This document shows positions 26,701-43,931 of a stretch of DNA of 64,000 bases, piece by piece. The notes under the pieces were generated by a model that was not told where the DNA came from, searched no databases, and saw only the letters and a program-made list of their open reading frames with translations. Made by a program: the position numbers and the translations under genes. Source of the stretch: Balanoglossus misakiensis (Eukaryota; Animalia; Hemichordata); the NCBI GenBank assembly GCA_040954595.2, contig CM082589.2:1466009-1530008 (forward strand), in the 5' to 3' direction. Each line of letters starts with the position of its first letter. Position 1 is the stretch's first letter.

Positions 26701-29454
26701 TCAGTCCGGTCGCTCTCCCTCTACCAAAAGAGTTCCGACTAAACTCATCATCGTCTAACTTTACTGATATGTTTCATATCAAATTGAAAACACTGCTCGC
26801 AATGATGTCAGTCTCGGCGTTCGGTTTCACTGTAGTTCTAATTTTGAAATGCAGGTTGAATTAACTGCATTTTTCTGACCTAACTCATAGACAACATTGC
26901 ATTTTTACTGCAGCTGATGATTATCACTACTGCACATTCTCAGGAATTTGAATTTCTCAAGTGTCGGTGTCCATAGTAACCATCCGAAACCTCTTTTATT
27001 TTGTACAGTGAATTCCATTTAACACTTCTCTCTGTTCAGTTTGTAAAGAAATAAAAGTGTGTCTGCCAGACACTCGTAGTTCTGATAGTTTATCTCTTGG
27101 AATGTGGCTGGTATAGTTTTGCTCCAGTTTTGAGAAAATAGAAGGACCAATCAGAGTACCTCTGCCATCAGACGGGACAGTGTAACTTACACAACTGCTG
27201 ATTGGTCACTTCTTTGTCAAAGTAACCTGCATAATTCAAAGTGTTCCCTAATATGAAAAAGGGAACTAAGAATTGCCAAAATTTAAAGCATGAACTCAAA
27301 ATCTTGCCCATAATCAGAAACAGGCAATGCTCGTTCTTGAATTATGTTTTCAAAAATTCAGTTTTCAGGTTTCGTGATGAAGAATTGCAGCAGTTTGTCC
27401 AACTTCTGAGCTTTCTGCTGTAGTTCATAGTAATCCAAGAGAGTATTGATAATGTGTGCGGAACTCAACACATCAGAGTTTCATCTAAGATGCACGGAAT
27501 TGGGGGGGGGGGGGGGGTGTTAATATATGGGTGTTAAAATCCCTCTGTCTTGCAAAAAGACTAAAGTACAGTGCATCTCAGTTGGTTAAGACACGGTTAC
27601 TAAAAAAGTAACCATGGTTAAGAGAAGATGCCAGTGGCAAGAACTCGCCAAAGATGTGTTTGTAGTACGTTCTCACTATTTATACTGAAAGAGACCTTTT
27701 GACAAGTTGTGAAAAACTTTCTTGGTGTACTGTTTCTTGCTTTGAGAGTTCTAGTGTTCCATTTACATTGAGAAAGGCTTGATGTTTGAAACTTGACCAG
27801 AGGAATGTGTCATGGATCCCAAGGTCATCCCAGCCCTCTTGTAAATGGATATTGTCTGCATGCTTGGTGGTCACATGACTGGAAATGTCTGGTCACACAA
27901 ATGATGCATGCTGGGCAGTCAGAATTAAGACTATAAAGTCAGGTCACACGCATTCTCGGTGAAATCCAAGACTTCACTGGTATTGTCAGATGACCTTGAT
28001 TAGCCAATCACACCAGGCGGTCGGTCTGTACTTCTGTGTGACAAGATGATCCCTTGTCTTGAGAAATCCTGTCATGACATCTACACATACTGCAGAATTC
28101 CCAAACAGCTGCTTACTGTTTAGTTTCAGCAGACTTTACTGAGTTTAATCAGTTCATTTTCTTACTAACGTAACTACATGTATTGATATCTATAATACTA
28201 AACCCAGAAGCGTTTTATTTCCATCATTCAAACAAAGAAATGTCTAGTATTCATAACTGTATCGTATTATATAAGAACATTTTTGCCTATATAACACATG
28301 CCTAACCTTTGAACATCACTTACTGGCCAGGTCTAGAATTGGTACAGTTTGAGAATTTATGTGAAAGGTTAGACTATAAAAGATAGATGTTCTGGAGGTT
28401 GGTTTGGTTCAGTGCCCTACACCCACTTTGTGAGACGTGGGCAAAGAACATGTTGAGCGCCCCCATAAGAGTGGAGATTCAGTCCAGTGCAAGGTCACAT
28501 GAAAAGATTGATTAATTATCAACAAACGATATTGCCAGGAGATAGGGAAGAGCTAAAATTATACAGCAAGCTTTGATAATGACCATGCCATGAACTAATT
28601 AATAGTGAAGCCTGTTGTTCTTAGTATGATAAAAGAAATTTCCTTGGTGATCATGACAACTGGATGCCATGGTTACCATTTTCTAATGATAGCCATTTAT
28701 AGTCGTTTGCTAGGATTAACTCACCCAACAAAGATTTAATTTAATAAAGTTATCTTTTCATGTCATGCATGTACTTTATATATCCCAACATCCTGATTAT
28801 AATTTTGCATTGTAAAATGACAGATGCGTCACTATATTTAATATATGTAAAAACAATTGATCGAAGCATGGTGGCTAACTATAGATCTTATAATGTATGA
28901 GTCCCAAGAATGACCTGACCTAGTGAGGGAAATCTATTCCATATAAGTCGTCGTTTCTACCCCTGCTGAATGAGGTTGGGAAACCCCAAGTCATCTGACC
29001 ATGTTCTGCTTCTAATTACGGCCCATCCCATCCTAGACGAAGTGGCATATATCTGTCACCATAGCTTATCCTCCCATTGCTGGTTGTTGTTAGAAATGGA
29101 ATCCTTTCCAGCAATACTGAGTAGTTCGCTTCACCTGGTAGTTCATACAACTAATCTCTTAGTTGTCCGTGCCAAGAGTAGACCTCACTACTGTTGGTTA
29201 ACACAGCAGGTTTGCAAATATCACTGATATTTGCAAACCTCATTTCCGAAAAAATCCCTGTACTTTGTCGCAGGGGTTTAGTTTGCTCTCACTCTCAATG
29301 TCCTCTCATGTTTGAGTGGGTGTTGTGTTACATGGCCCTATTACCCCTGGCTTATCTTAAATGGAATAATCCATTCCTGATAAGCAGTGGGATTATTCCA
29401 TTACTAACAAAATATTAGGGTAGTTATTTTTACATACTAAAAACTGTGTGTTGA

Positions 29455-32276
<2,822 letters not shown>

Positions 32277-35200
32277 TCAACATCTCATTATCAAGATCTG
32301 ATATGTACAAACAAATATTAAAATCTGAAGTATTTAAATTTATCAGAACGGCTGAAGGAATGTAGGAACATGTATTTAGAGTAATCGATTGAGTGGAATT
32401 GAGGGTGATCGAATGATCTTCTACATCATCATACTGTAAACTATAGAACTGATACTATCCAATTTTTAGACTCGGCTTGCTGTATAATGAACAAAGCTTA
32501 TGACTTGGTTGACAAAACACACCATACAACTTTCATGTCAGAGTTTTTTGGCACAAAAAATGGGCATTAGTGGGATATAAAATAATCATTATGTTATCTG
32601 GAATGGTAAGCTTTAACTGTTTAATTATTCGTAAGATTTTTTGAGGCGAGGAGAGCACTTCATTCCCAGCAAATTCCCACTTTATTATTTAGAGTTTTTG
32701 ATATTGAAAGATATAAATTTATAGATCAGTAGACGAAATTTTATATAAGTTTTATGAGAGTTTTAATATCCAATCCTTAAAAAAGAATTATGAGATTGAA
32801 TCTTAAAATATAAAATGGTTATGAAGTTGAATGGAGGGAGGGAGAAAATTCTATAATTTCAGTTAAAAAGAGATCAGATTGCAAAACCACCTAATGCATG
32901 ACAACCCAGACAACCTAGCCTGCCTGAACCCAATTCAGCCTCAGTCACTATCGTCTAGCAAATCACCACCCAGCCCAGCTATGATGAATACGAAGGAAGA
33001 CGAGAATATCCAAGAGTTTTATTTTGGATGTCATCGCACAATCAATCCTTTCCTTCCAATCCATAACTTCCACTGCGCGTTGTGCCTAGCAACAGTAAGA
33101 CTCAGCCGAGGTGTAAGCGATAAATGTAACTGCTATTTGCATATTTTCTGATAATGAATGTTGCAGTGATAGTAATCCTTGTGGTAGTCGAAAATTATCC
33201 AAGTCATATTCTCTATTTTCTTCGTTCGACCAAAACTTAATTTCAGATTCAAAGGTACATGGGTGTCCTTTAAATTGTCACTGAGCAGCAGCTATATTAC
33301 CTATTCAGAAAAAATGCCTGTTTATTTGTGCACAAAGAACAGTATGTCACCATGTACCTTAGTAGCAAAGCAAAACTTTAAATATCCGTTATACCTTATG
33401 GCCTTACATTTCTTTATATAGCTGCCTTTTCCAGAATAATTTACACATAGCGAATTAACCAATTGGTGAAAGTTGGGAGTAGTGCATAACATTTGACCTT
33501 AAATTGGAGGTGGCTTCAATTTAAAAAATGTCACTTATTTACAATTTTGGGGGGACATGTGACAAAGGATTGTATTAACCCAAGCATTGTCACTTTTTCG
33601 TTGATGTATTTATAAAATATGTGGATAATTATTTAGCTGAATCAGTCCCATTGCTTTCATAACAATAGAAATGATTTATATGTTTTACTTCTTGTGTTCT
33701 GCATATTAATGAAGTAACTGCATATGCATACCATTTTGTAATTGTAGCTGATTGGAGGATAATAAAACCCAAGCTGAGCATAGTAAGTATTCACTTTTGA
33801 TTATTTATCTCAATAGTTTTTGTTAGCTTTTTTCTCTGAAAGTGTTAGTGTAATCTTTCCTTTGAAATGTTGGTCATGTAGGGGTCAAAACAGGAGGGCA
33901 CATGCAGCCAATCAAAGCTCGGCAAACAGATCGTTTGCAGTCTCAGTCAGGCAACCATCTGGTGGTGGATGGCGCCCTCTCTGGCTGACAGTGAAAGCTG
34001 TACACACCATTTCTTTGCATCATGATAAATTTGCACTGTAGACATCTTTTCCTCCAAAATTTTCCTTGAATGAGTTTGATCACGTCAATCGTCACACAGA
34101 TTTCCTGTGAGTAGTCCATACATTCCACACAGTTGCTGCCATTTGTCAACTGACCCCATCAGCTGCTATCTTCAGAGACACTCAGAAAGCACCACACACA
34201 AGGAACAAGATTTCGTTTATCATGATATATATTTTTAAGTTCACTGATGAAAAATAACAAAATGGTATTAAATATATGACATAAACTGTACAAAAAGCTT
34301 ACAAAATAACATTCAGATTGCCAGAAAATTCAGGCCTTTTCCACCCTGGCTTTTACATTCACTACCTTTTTCAAAAATGTTTCTACAAAAGGTATATACA
34401 TAATGCAGTCTGTAACAAAATTGCACAATATTTCCTCAAAGTTACAAGTAAATAAAAGGCAACCAAGTGAAGATAACATAAGATATTTGTAGAAAAAAAT
34501 GAATGCATGATACGAAAAACTGTTCATCTCAAAACTACCTTTGATTTGTGCGTAGAAAATTTGGAATTGGATTAAATTATTGTCCGTATACGTATGAAGA
34601 GAATTAGCAACATGTCACTTATTATCATATCAAATCTCCTGACTTCAACCCAGTGGTCGTTTTTTCTCCTTTTTGATGACAAACTACTAATTTTGCGTAG
34701 TCTTGAGATGACAGTTGATACATCTATAGTTCTACATAAACCCCATAACAATTTGTCTTGTTAAAAACTTCATTAACATTTCTGACAATTGCTGGAAGCC
34801 AAAGAAAAAATTATATTAAGTAGATTCCATCATTATTTACTGGCATACAACAATGATTTTATATTTTATGATTAACAAGTTGAAAGTTTCACCTTCATCA
34901 ATACTTAGAGACAAAGTTGTTCGTCTTTGTTACAAAACTTTGTTCATGCATTACACCAATTTTTCCTCTAAATGTCAGAATCATGATTATCACTACACTG
35001 ATTCAATTCGGATGGTAATTTATATACAAAATAATTACATAAATTGGCAGAATATAATTCCATGCAAAATGACATATAATCTCTCTTGTGCGTTTAACAG
35101 GAAAAATTTGAAAATTGTTCTGGTAATTATAAAGTGAGTGTAAATATATACATGAGGTACTCCATGATATGTTACTGCGTTACGATGAATGTTAATATAC

Positions 35201-35612
35201 ACATCCAATTCACAGAAGATTAGAATGAAGAATGTCAAGTAGTAGTTTTTGACTGAATACGAAGAATTGTGCAAGTTCAATTAAGTGACACCCACTTCTC
35301 ATAAACTGGATTTCATTTTGAATGAGGGAAGTACATTGTAGTCAAACATGACCTGCATTAAATGCATCTCAGAGTAAGGTCAAGATGTTCTTTGCATGCA
35401 AAGTTATTTTTACAAGAAAGGTGTTTGTTCTAACTCTTGTTTCCAAGGAAACAAATCATTTGCATATCGTCAAAATATGCAGCAACAATCTTGAAAAGTC
35501 TATCTCATCCTTTGATTGCAAGAGAATTGTGCAGAAGTGTTCTTGTAATGTACAGGAAAAGTTACGAGAGTTTCATCTTAGATGTCCGTACTGAATTTAA
35601 AGAGTTCAATGT

Positions 35613-38600
35613 TTACTGGGGTGCTGGCACTAGTCTGGGATTGGCCATGTTGCTGAGTTTACTGACTTCCATCAGCCAATTGGGGACTTTCTTGGTGGTC
35701 ATGTGACGGCGTGCATGCTTGGTCAGGTGATCACTGCGCATGAAGCGTCGATCGCACAGCGGACAGGCGAATTTCTTCTCCCCAGTGTGCGTGCGTTTGT
35801 GTCTGGAAAGTTCATCTGATCTTGCAAACGTCTTCTCGCAATCCTCCCAGGTACATTTGAAAGGTTTTTCACCTGTTGGCATCAAAAGGAAAAAAGTCAC
35901 ATCAGTTTTCTGTTTACAAAGACTTCACTTGCTGATAATCATAATCATTTAATAATTAATATTGTGGTCTCCACAGCAACTCGGAGGAAGATGTCCTTGA
36001 CATTGAAGGTAGACTCTTTGGAAGCACCCCAGTAACCAATGTATGTGATAGCCAAGATACACAGTGGTCAGACAAACAGTAGTTTTCCTGGTGTAGGTTT
36101 TGTGATACTGGTAACATTTCCAAGCCTAAGTGACTAGCTACATTGCTATCTGACTGATATAGTGACAATGCTCGCTCTTACAATGATAACCCCCAAGTTT
36201 AAAAATAGAAACTCAATTAACATAGTAACTAATTATGCAAATTAGCAAATACATATGGCAATGTTGAGATTATTCTACAACCTTTGTAAAATTATCAACT
36301 GTTATACCACTTCAAAGATAATCTTATCGTTTACAATAAATGGGTCTTAGAGGAGCATAAAGCCAATTTGTCTTCAGACTGACATTTTTACTGATAACTG
36401 AGATTAGGCGGGCTCACCTGTATGAGTTCTCACGTGTGCTTTCAAGTGGGAGCTTTTGAAGTATGTCTTTCCACAGTTCTTGTAAGTACACACATGACTG
36501 CGCCGTCTGGAGAATTCCGATGGGGGGATTTGCACTGCTGGATTCTGAGGGACGATGATTGGCGTTTGTGGAGATGACATCGGGGCAAGACGAAACTGTG
36601 AACTACAGTCCTGTTTTGTTGGGTTCACGATGACCATGACTGAGCCGGGCGGAATGATCGCGCCGGTCATGACGACTGGTTTCGGGAGAATGTCCGTGTG
36701 CCCCGGGGAGTGACTTGTCACAGGTTGCGGCGCGATCTGTCCACATGGAATGCTGGTGGTGGTCACAGCTTGGGTGAAGATGGCAGAGTTGTGTGCGTTG
36801 ATTGGTGACACTGTGCCTGCGATACAAACTGGTGACACTGCTGGTGCAATCGCCTGTAAAGGACTTGCTCTAGGAAAGTTTTTGGGTGCCACTGGACGTT
36901 GGACATTGTTTGTTGCCCTCGATGCTTCGCTACTAAGTCGAGGAATTTTCGCAGGTATCGGAGAGGCGTTGACACAGTCTGTGTTGTAAGAAATAGCTGC
37001 TGATGTAATAACACTTCTTGAACTGTTGACACGACTTATGACAGGCACTTTGGTGCTGGTCGGAACGACGCCCCGATTGACGACCAGAGCACTTGTTGTT
37101 GAGGCACTAGATGAAAATCTTGGTGTCTTTGGCAATGATAATGCTGACCCACTCTGGGTGGTAAAAGTTTTAGTCAAAGGAGGCAGTGGTAACTTGAGAG
37201 CTGAATTCGATGATGCGGTTGTTGGTGGTGATGGTGGCGACAGCGACAAAGGTGACGTTGATACAACGCCTGTAGTGTTCTTGGCTGGAAGTGTGAGACC
37301 TCCACATTTATTTGACAACGTCAGTGGACCTGAAGGCCCTCTTGGTGGAATCTGCAGATTGCCAAGATGAGGGACTGTGGTGGTTGGAACTGGAACTGTT
37401 CCCGGGAGTATCAACTGATGCGTTAATTTTGTTGGAGGTGGAGTCATTGGAGGCGTCTCCATTCCCTGCACAGAAAAAAAAATATTAAGTGGTTAATATT
37501 TAAGTACTTTTTGCACAGAAAAGTAAACCATTCACATTTTGATCAATACTACTTAGAAATATCAATTTTTCAACCCTCTGCAATTCTGCGTTAATTTGTT
37601 CAATATTTATTTAACTGAACTAAAGCTTTAGAAGTATTTACACTGACCAAGCATCTACCATTCAACAAACTGCAATCTTGTGTAAACATAATTATGTAAC
37701 TCTGGACAGTTCAACTGACTCTAACCATGAAATGAGGTATAACAAAGAACACCTTGGGGCAAAAATTGAAGGCAGTTACAGTGTTATGTAATGGAGAGAT
37801 CTTAGCCTAAGAGGTAAACTGACTTTTGACCCGAAACAAAATTTTCCATCACTTACATTAACACAGGCTGATAGTTTTCTTTTTCTGTCAATCTTTGGGT
37901 GTGGCGGGAAGCTGTCCATACTGTCTTCTCCGTCTTGCGATACAGGAGACGGTGGAGCGTGGGATACCGGTGAGCTTGGTGAAGATCTGCCGTCCGATTT
38001 CTGGGGAGACCACTGCCTCATTGATAACAGTGTGTTGACAGCATCGATGTCAGATTTATCCATTCTAGTTTTATGTTTCACTCTCCCACCCGATTCAGTG
38101 ACGACTTCTTCCTCCTGTGAAATACAGAGCCAAATATTTGGTGAAAAACAGAACTTTTACTTCTTTGTTTGTAATGATTTCAAGTGGCATTTTCAGCTGT
38201 AATTGTATGAAGCAATTTTAATATTGAGAAATACACGAATCATGACTGGAATACTGAAAGCAAATTTTAGAGCAGATGTGCTTCAGTGAAGCACGAAATT
38301 AAGAGCGATCTGTGTCTGGGATTGTGTACAATATATAGTCATCAGTCATGATGCTTGGGGCTCATTTTGCCTTGTGAATGTGATGAATTTATTTGAAGAG
38401 AGCGTCTTGAGTGTCATTGTGAGTACGGAACTGATGTACTTTCTGAAATGTAGGTCACAGTACAAGAGGTCTTACACAACTGAGGAACTGTTCATTGCCA
38501 TTCCTTGAATATATTTACTTTTAACCATGTTTTATAAGGCCATGAATATATTATGTTTAGAAACTGGAAATTTAAATAACTAAGTGAAAAGATTCCATTG

Positions 38601-41559
38601 TGGGTGTATGTCTATGTTGTCACAACACTTCCTAGACAGAGTGACAATAACAACTTTGATGCATGATTTCACAACTAATTAATATTCATTAGGAATCTGG
38701 ACGTGCCCCTACAGCTAACCAATCATGAGAACTATATGCAGTCACACCCTCACTGCATATTAATGTCTGTTTCAAATATCAGCCAATCACAAGGCGGCAA
38801 ACTCCCCCAGCCTTTATCACTCCTCCGAAGCATGATCTCTGGGCTGATGAAATCAACTTTCAACAAAAGACAATCGGTACAGTAAATGAAGTGAGTAGAT
38901 TGGTGGCTTTTGACTCATCTAAACCCAACCACTGATCACACATCATAGGCATGAACATATGCAAAAAAAAAAAAAAAAAAATACCCAATACAACCACAAC
39001 AACATCCACCGTTTTTAATCCAAACACATGATATCATCACTTTTTGGTGTACGTGGAAGGTTCCACATCAGCTGACGAAAAAAAACTCCATCTCATGGAG
39101 GATTGCCAAAACCAACTAGTTTAAACATGTCCAATATTATGAAGGCAAGCAGACATTTACACAAGCTACAAGTCCGTAGGCACATTGCTGTTTACTTTAT
39201 CCACACACAAATAACCTGAACAGTTAGACTTATTATGATTTCACTTTCATTATATTAAGTCACCTTTGCTCTAATTTCCGTACATTTCACTCAATTACAA
39301 CATATTATGATATCTTGTTTGTTAGATTTTTGGTCTGTTTCTTCCCTTTTTAGTTTTTTTTGTGTGAGAGATTTTTCAACATTTCACTACAAGTACAACC
39401 TTGAAACCGGAGAGGTTCATAGCAGGTAATTAATTATATTGTACATGTACATACATAATCTCGGTTCTCCCTTTTCACGAATTCCAGTTATTTCCCTATT
39501 TTTCACAGCAATTTAAATATTCCCTTGTTCACAAAAATTGTGTAACACAATAACTATTTTTTTATTTTTAACAATATAAAAGAAAGAATCCTGCCACTAT
39601 TATAATTATGGCGACAACCACATATCTAGACAAAAAAATATGATTTGACAAAAAAATGCATTTTTAATAAAAGGCAAATGCGTCACTCGCGTTTCAGGGG
39701 CCACCAGTGCTGCGTACGTGCAAAATTGTCTCGATTCAGCAACTCAACCCAGAAATACTCATTAGCATATTCATAAGCTCATTTGAATAAAGGCTGATGT
39801 CATTCCCTTGGTGGTCTATGTCAGACAATAGTAACATGTAGATATCCAAAGGTCAAACTGGTTCACCTGACTATTTCATGTGATGGAGGCATGTCAACTG
39901 ACTTCCCCATCAACTTCCAGTCCACAAGCAGAATACTTTAGCAAGGCCATCACTGATAGCTATTGCTGTTAAAATTTCATTTTAAGAAATAGATTGAATA
40001 ACTTGTGGTTAATTACAAAACAAAAGGCTACTTTTGTCATTAGTTGTAGAACTGATTAAATTATATGTGTTTGTTGCTTAGTTACAGAAATATCCTGAGA
40101 AAAAAGTATACACGCAGACCCACCATCTTTCTGGAAACATTTTTTCCATTATTTATTTCTGCGGTTTGTTTACTTGTTAAGTTAGATGTGATTGGCTGGT
40201 AGCCTTAACCCACTCTAGTCTGTTCAAGGCCTCTTCGACCACGACTTGTACAACTGATCGCATCAATTACACTACTGGCATTGTCCAATCACAGAATGTG
40301 GGATGCGGTCTTTCGCTGCTACGTGCGTAGTTGCAGGTGACGGTCCTACGCTAGTATTACATGTAAACGTATGGATTTATCACCATTCATCTTATAGATT
40401 TTATAATGTCAACCTTCGACTGCTAAGTTGAAGGTAGGTCAAATTAAGGGGGCGTAAACCCGACGTTAAAAAGGTGCAGCGAGAATAACACGCATCTCTA
40501 TCTCCAGAGTTGAAGTTCAATACTACTTTTAAAAAGATTTTTAATATTTTCGCAGGGGGGGGGGGGCAGCCTCTTGCCCTCCCTTCTAAGTTGACGCCCC
40601 CCCCCCCTTCCCATGGACGCAATAATTTGAATAGAAGATGCTACCTGGAGATAACGCTAAGAAACATACGGACATTTCTCTTTCAGAAAAGAAAATGCAA
40701 AAATGCGAGAGAAAAGAAGTGGAAAATCCGATGGGAGGCTAATGCGAGAAGTACCTTTAAAAGTCGCGTTATATGCGCGCATATCGTACCTAAATTTAGT
40801 CTTTCGCATCTTGTTATAAAAAATGTGAAAATCGTAATTCGCGATTTTAACTTTTGTTCTCAGTAATAACTTCTAAATAATCTTGCTTTTGCTCTTAAGC
40901 CTAATGACAAATAAAGAAGAAGCGCGATAGTCATCATGATGATCTTTTTTAACTCGAGAATCGCACAGGTTTAGGATGAAAATTGAAAAGGATTCTTTTC
41001 TATCAAAACGAGCACTTTTTCCACCAAAAAAGTTCTTGGATTCAGGATATAATTTCGTCAGAAACAATCCAAGTTGGTTTAAGATAAATAAAATTTGTTT
41101 CTATCACCAAAGAACTTTGAATTCGTACTTTGTTTTAATGTCAAAACGATCGAGGCGGTGAAGATGCGTTTCAAAAACAGCTGTTTCATAGACAACCACT
41201 TCCGCACTACATACTATAAAACGAAAACTCACGTAGCTTTTGCAGTTCTGCACTGCATTGCAGTGTGTGGACTATCGAATTCTTCTTTCACACAGTAGAA
41301 ATATTTTGGTAGCGAACAATCGCATTGGTTTTGCGATTAATTTTTAAGCGACTGATACAATGTTGGAAAGAAATTAACAAACAGGATACATGTACATTTC
41401 ACAAGCGCGCAGATACGCAGCTGAAACGCCCGCCCAAGAAAACAATAAGATCGTATTGAAAATAATAATCGAAAGCTGTCATCGATAGGAATAACATATA
41501 TAACTTACGCAGATCGGTTCAGGTGGGGTCTGTGGTGGTGATAGTGGCCTGAAATCCAT
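35613..41559 (-). CDS. klf10/11: Kruppel-like factor 10/11 (TIEG/cabut group), about 538 aa
   Basis: Exons 41559-41509 ([17 protein letters not shown]), 38114-37857 (Sin3-interaction motif [12 protein letters not shown]), 37465-36418 (METPPMTPP; [31 protein letters not shown]) and 35872-35613 ([56 protein letters not shown]...[10 protein letters not shown]). Intron phases are compatible and all introns are GT-AG. Confidence 0.95.
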
Positions 41560-41699
41560 GTAGTCTTTGCGAAACATAAAGAAGCTGTACGCGCTGCTAA
41601 CACATCGAGAAACCGAATGTCAGTATATTTTTGTGTGATGATCATACATCGGGTGTGTTTTTGTACATACATTGCTCTCATAACAGTTTCACGCGTGTC

Positions 41700-42360
41700 T
41701 GGTATGGTGGGTGTGTGAGAGGATTGACCAATCGCCATGAAGTAAGCAACGTCTTTTGACCAATAAGCGCTTAGTGTACTAGGTGTACATGTGATGCCAG
41801 CATGCACCAGCACGTGTAGTAAGGCTGGCTGAATGGATGGCAGGAAACCCTAGGTAAACAGGCCATCAGCAAAAGCGTATACATAACCATGCATTATTAA
41901 AAGCGAATCTTTTATAACTTTTCGATATAAAATTAAGGAATAATCCATTTGAAAGGCAATATCAAAGCGATGGTTGGCAAAAGCGCTTGTTATTTACAGT
42001 TACTTTGAAAACGCGTGACCTAAGGTCGCTCGCATATATAATTTGGCCTTTGAACCCTGATTTTCTGGGCGCGGTGAATGACGTCATGAAAATCTCGTCT
42101 TTTTCACACGATATCAATGGCGAGAATTAGGATTATTTACTAATCAAAATCCCTCCGCAATGTAATTCCAATATGGTTTTATTAAAGCTTGAAATACAAA
42201 CTTTTTATGAAAAAAATATTTGCCGTTTGATGCCAATTTTAATCTGTACGTAGACGTGTGCATTTATTGCTTTAGTTTTTCTATTACTTAGTTTTTTTAT
42301 GCATTGATCGACCACCCGCGCAATGAGTGATTCGGTTGCGATGGCACTTCATGTGTTAGT
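41700..42360. promoter_or_regulatory. Bidirectional promoter region between klf10/11 and odc1
   Basis: CpG-enriched gap of under 1 kb between divergent first exons; CCAAT boxes near 41728 and 41761, E-box CACGTG 41811-41816, full CRE TGACGTCA 42079-42086. Confidence 0.7.
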
Positions 42361-42396
42361 CCGTTACCACCACGCCGTCTTTTACCCGCCGCTGCG

Positions 42397-42420
42397 ATGA
42401 TTTGCAGAAGCTACAGCTGA
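42397..42420 (+). promoter_or_regulatory. Short AUG uORF (MICRSYS*) in odc1 leader exon 1
   Basis: ATG ATT TGC AGA AGC TAC AGC TGA, ending 51 nt before the uCC start. Depends on the TSS lying upstream of 42397. Confidence 0.5.
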
Positions 42421-42471
42421 CTATCTTCTTGCCAGGATTTTAACACTTTTTGGCCTCTAAAGTTCGCCAAA

Positions 42472-43605
42472 ATTCCCCCGAAAAGAGGAAGGAGCAACGG
42501 AGCGTGGGAATTACCTGTCCAGGTGAGTTTTAACCTTCTTTAATGCGACGATAAACGTCGGTGAAAATTGTGGAAAATGTGACTGACGTGTGCGTGTTCA
42601 TTGAAAAGGTTGAAAATATGCCACTCTCTGTGACTCACATTCACATTGCATTGGTATTGCTCAATGTTTTAGCATATTGTGACATTAAATTCCAACAAAC
42701 TGAACTGTCTTCTCGAAAATCTCACGACACAGTAAAGCCAAAATGACCGACAATGACCACTATTCGTGCGAGGGTAAGATGTCCATTGCTCCAATCAGAT
42801 TACATGTAATGGACATGTTTTCTTGCTTGAGGGAATTGTACATTTTGATGCCACGTTTTAAAATTAATCCAAAAGATTATCAATATTATATTTCCATAAT
42901 CCGGTGTCATTTCCGTGATTGTTTGCCATGGCTAAAACAAGCTGTTGCCTGGCAGAGAACTTGCGTAACGAGAACAAACCGCCGATGGCATGGCTTTCAA
43001 ATATGGGAGTTATGTCATGGCTTTGGTGCTTTCATACTGAAACTCACATGGTTGGAAACTCACAGAAATAACAGGAATTATGCTTAATCGCAGGCTATAG
43101 AACCGAATTTATTGGGCCAAATCACAAAGCCAGTTTAAAGTTGGTCTGTAAAATATAAAAAAGTGGACTAGTTTGTCGTTGATCAACCTGATCAGACTAT
43201 AAAAGTGGGCGTGTTCTGTCCGCACATAACTTGAGCCACAACGACCTTTTCATTGCGAAAGCGTGGCCTGTCCAAACTTTTAATATCGTCACTAAGGTAA
43301 ATAAAAGCTGAAAAGTAGCTATGTCGTTAAAGGGATAAAATGTGAATTGAATGTATTTTCATTCAAACTATTACATGATGAAAGCTTTTTCCAACTTCAT
43401 TTTGTCAGTGATCACAAAGTTTTGGAAAGGAAAGCAACATGCCTATGCACATTTAACAAATGAAAAAGCAGTTTTTCATATGAGTTTTATTTTTTTATTG
43501 CAGGGTGGGCACTGCAGTAAACTATACATCAAGCACCCTGAAGGGTTGTGCCTTTACCGTGAGCAGCTAGACTGCAACTTCGAAGCCCCTTGGAATCCCA
43601 GCTGA
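42472..43605 (+). CDS. AUU-initiated upstream conserved coding region (uCC) of the ODC/AZIN family, 50 codons, spliced
   Basis: Exon parts 42472-42522 (ATT in gccaaaATTc context; IPPKRGRSNGAWELPVQ, donor CAG|gtgagt) and 43504-43605 (GGHCSKLYIKHPEGLCLYREQLDCNFEAPWNPS*) join in phase 0. Matches the AZIN1 uCC pattern as I recall it (IPPKK...PEGL...LYREQFDFNAEPPWEPS*). Confidence 0.93.
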
Positions 43606-43931
43606 TATCTGCTGACGATACGACTCTTTGAGTTTGCTATGTAAGTAATCAGTAATCTAGCAGGGGGTTTGTACTTTGCACCCCTCCTTCCAAAGAGGTT
43701 GAAAAGTTTAATGTAAAAAGAAAAATATTTCACCAGTCGAGTTAAAAATATGGCTTCGTTAGTGACATTTATTTTAAGAAAATCTCGATAAATATATATT
43801 TTATCCATCAAAAAAGATTGACTACCCAACATATGTTTAACAGAATCATCTTTTTTACCCCCAGCTTGCTGCGTATTTCATAAAATCTCCCTGGACAGGG
43901 TCCCACATTTTGCTCCTTAAATATATTCATC

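Noticed and set aside
36750-37370. Plus-strand ORFs of 79 and 114 aa
   Set aside because: Antisense shadows of the large klf10/11 exon.
40443-41160. CpG-rich segment in klf intron 1 with G/C runs and a weak inverted repeat (aagggggcgtaaac / gttgacgccccc)
   Set aside because: Probably a transposon remnant, but termini and target-site duplication could not be defined.
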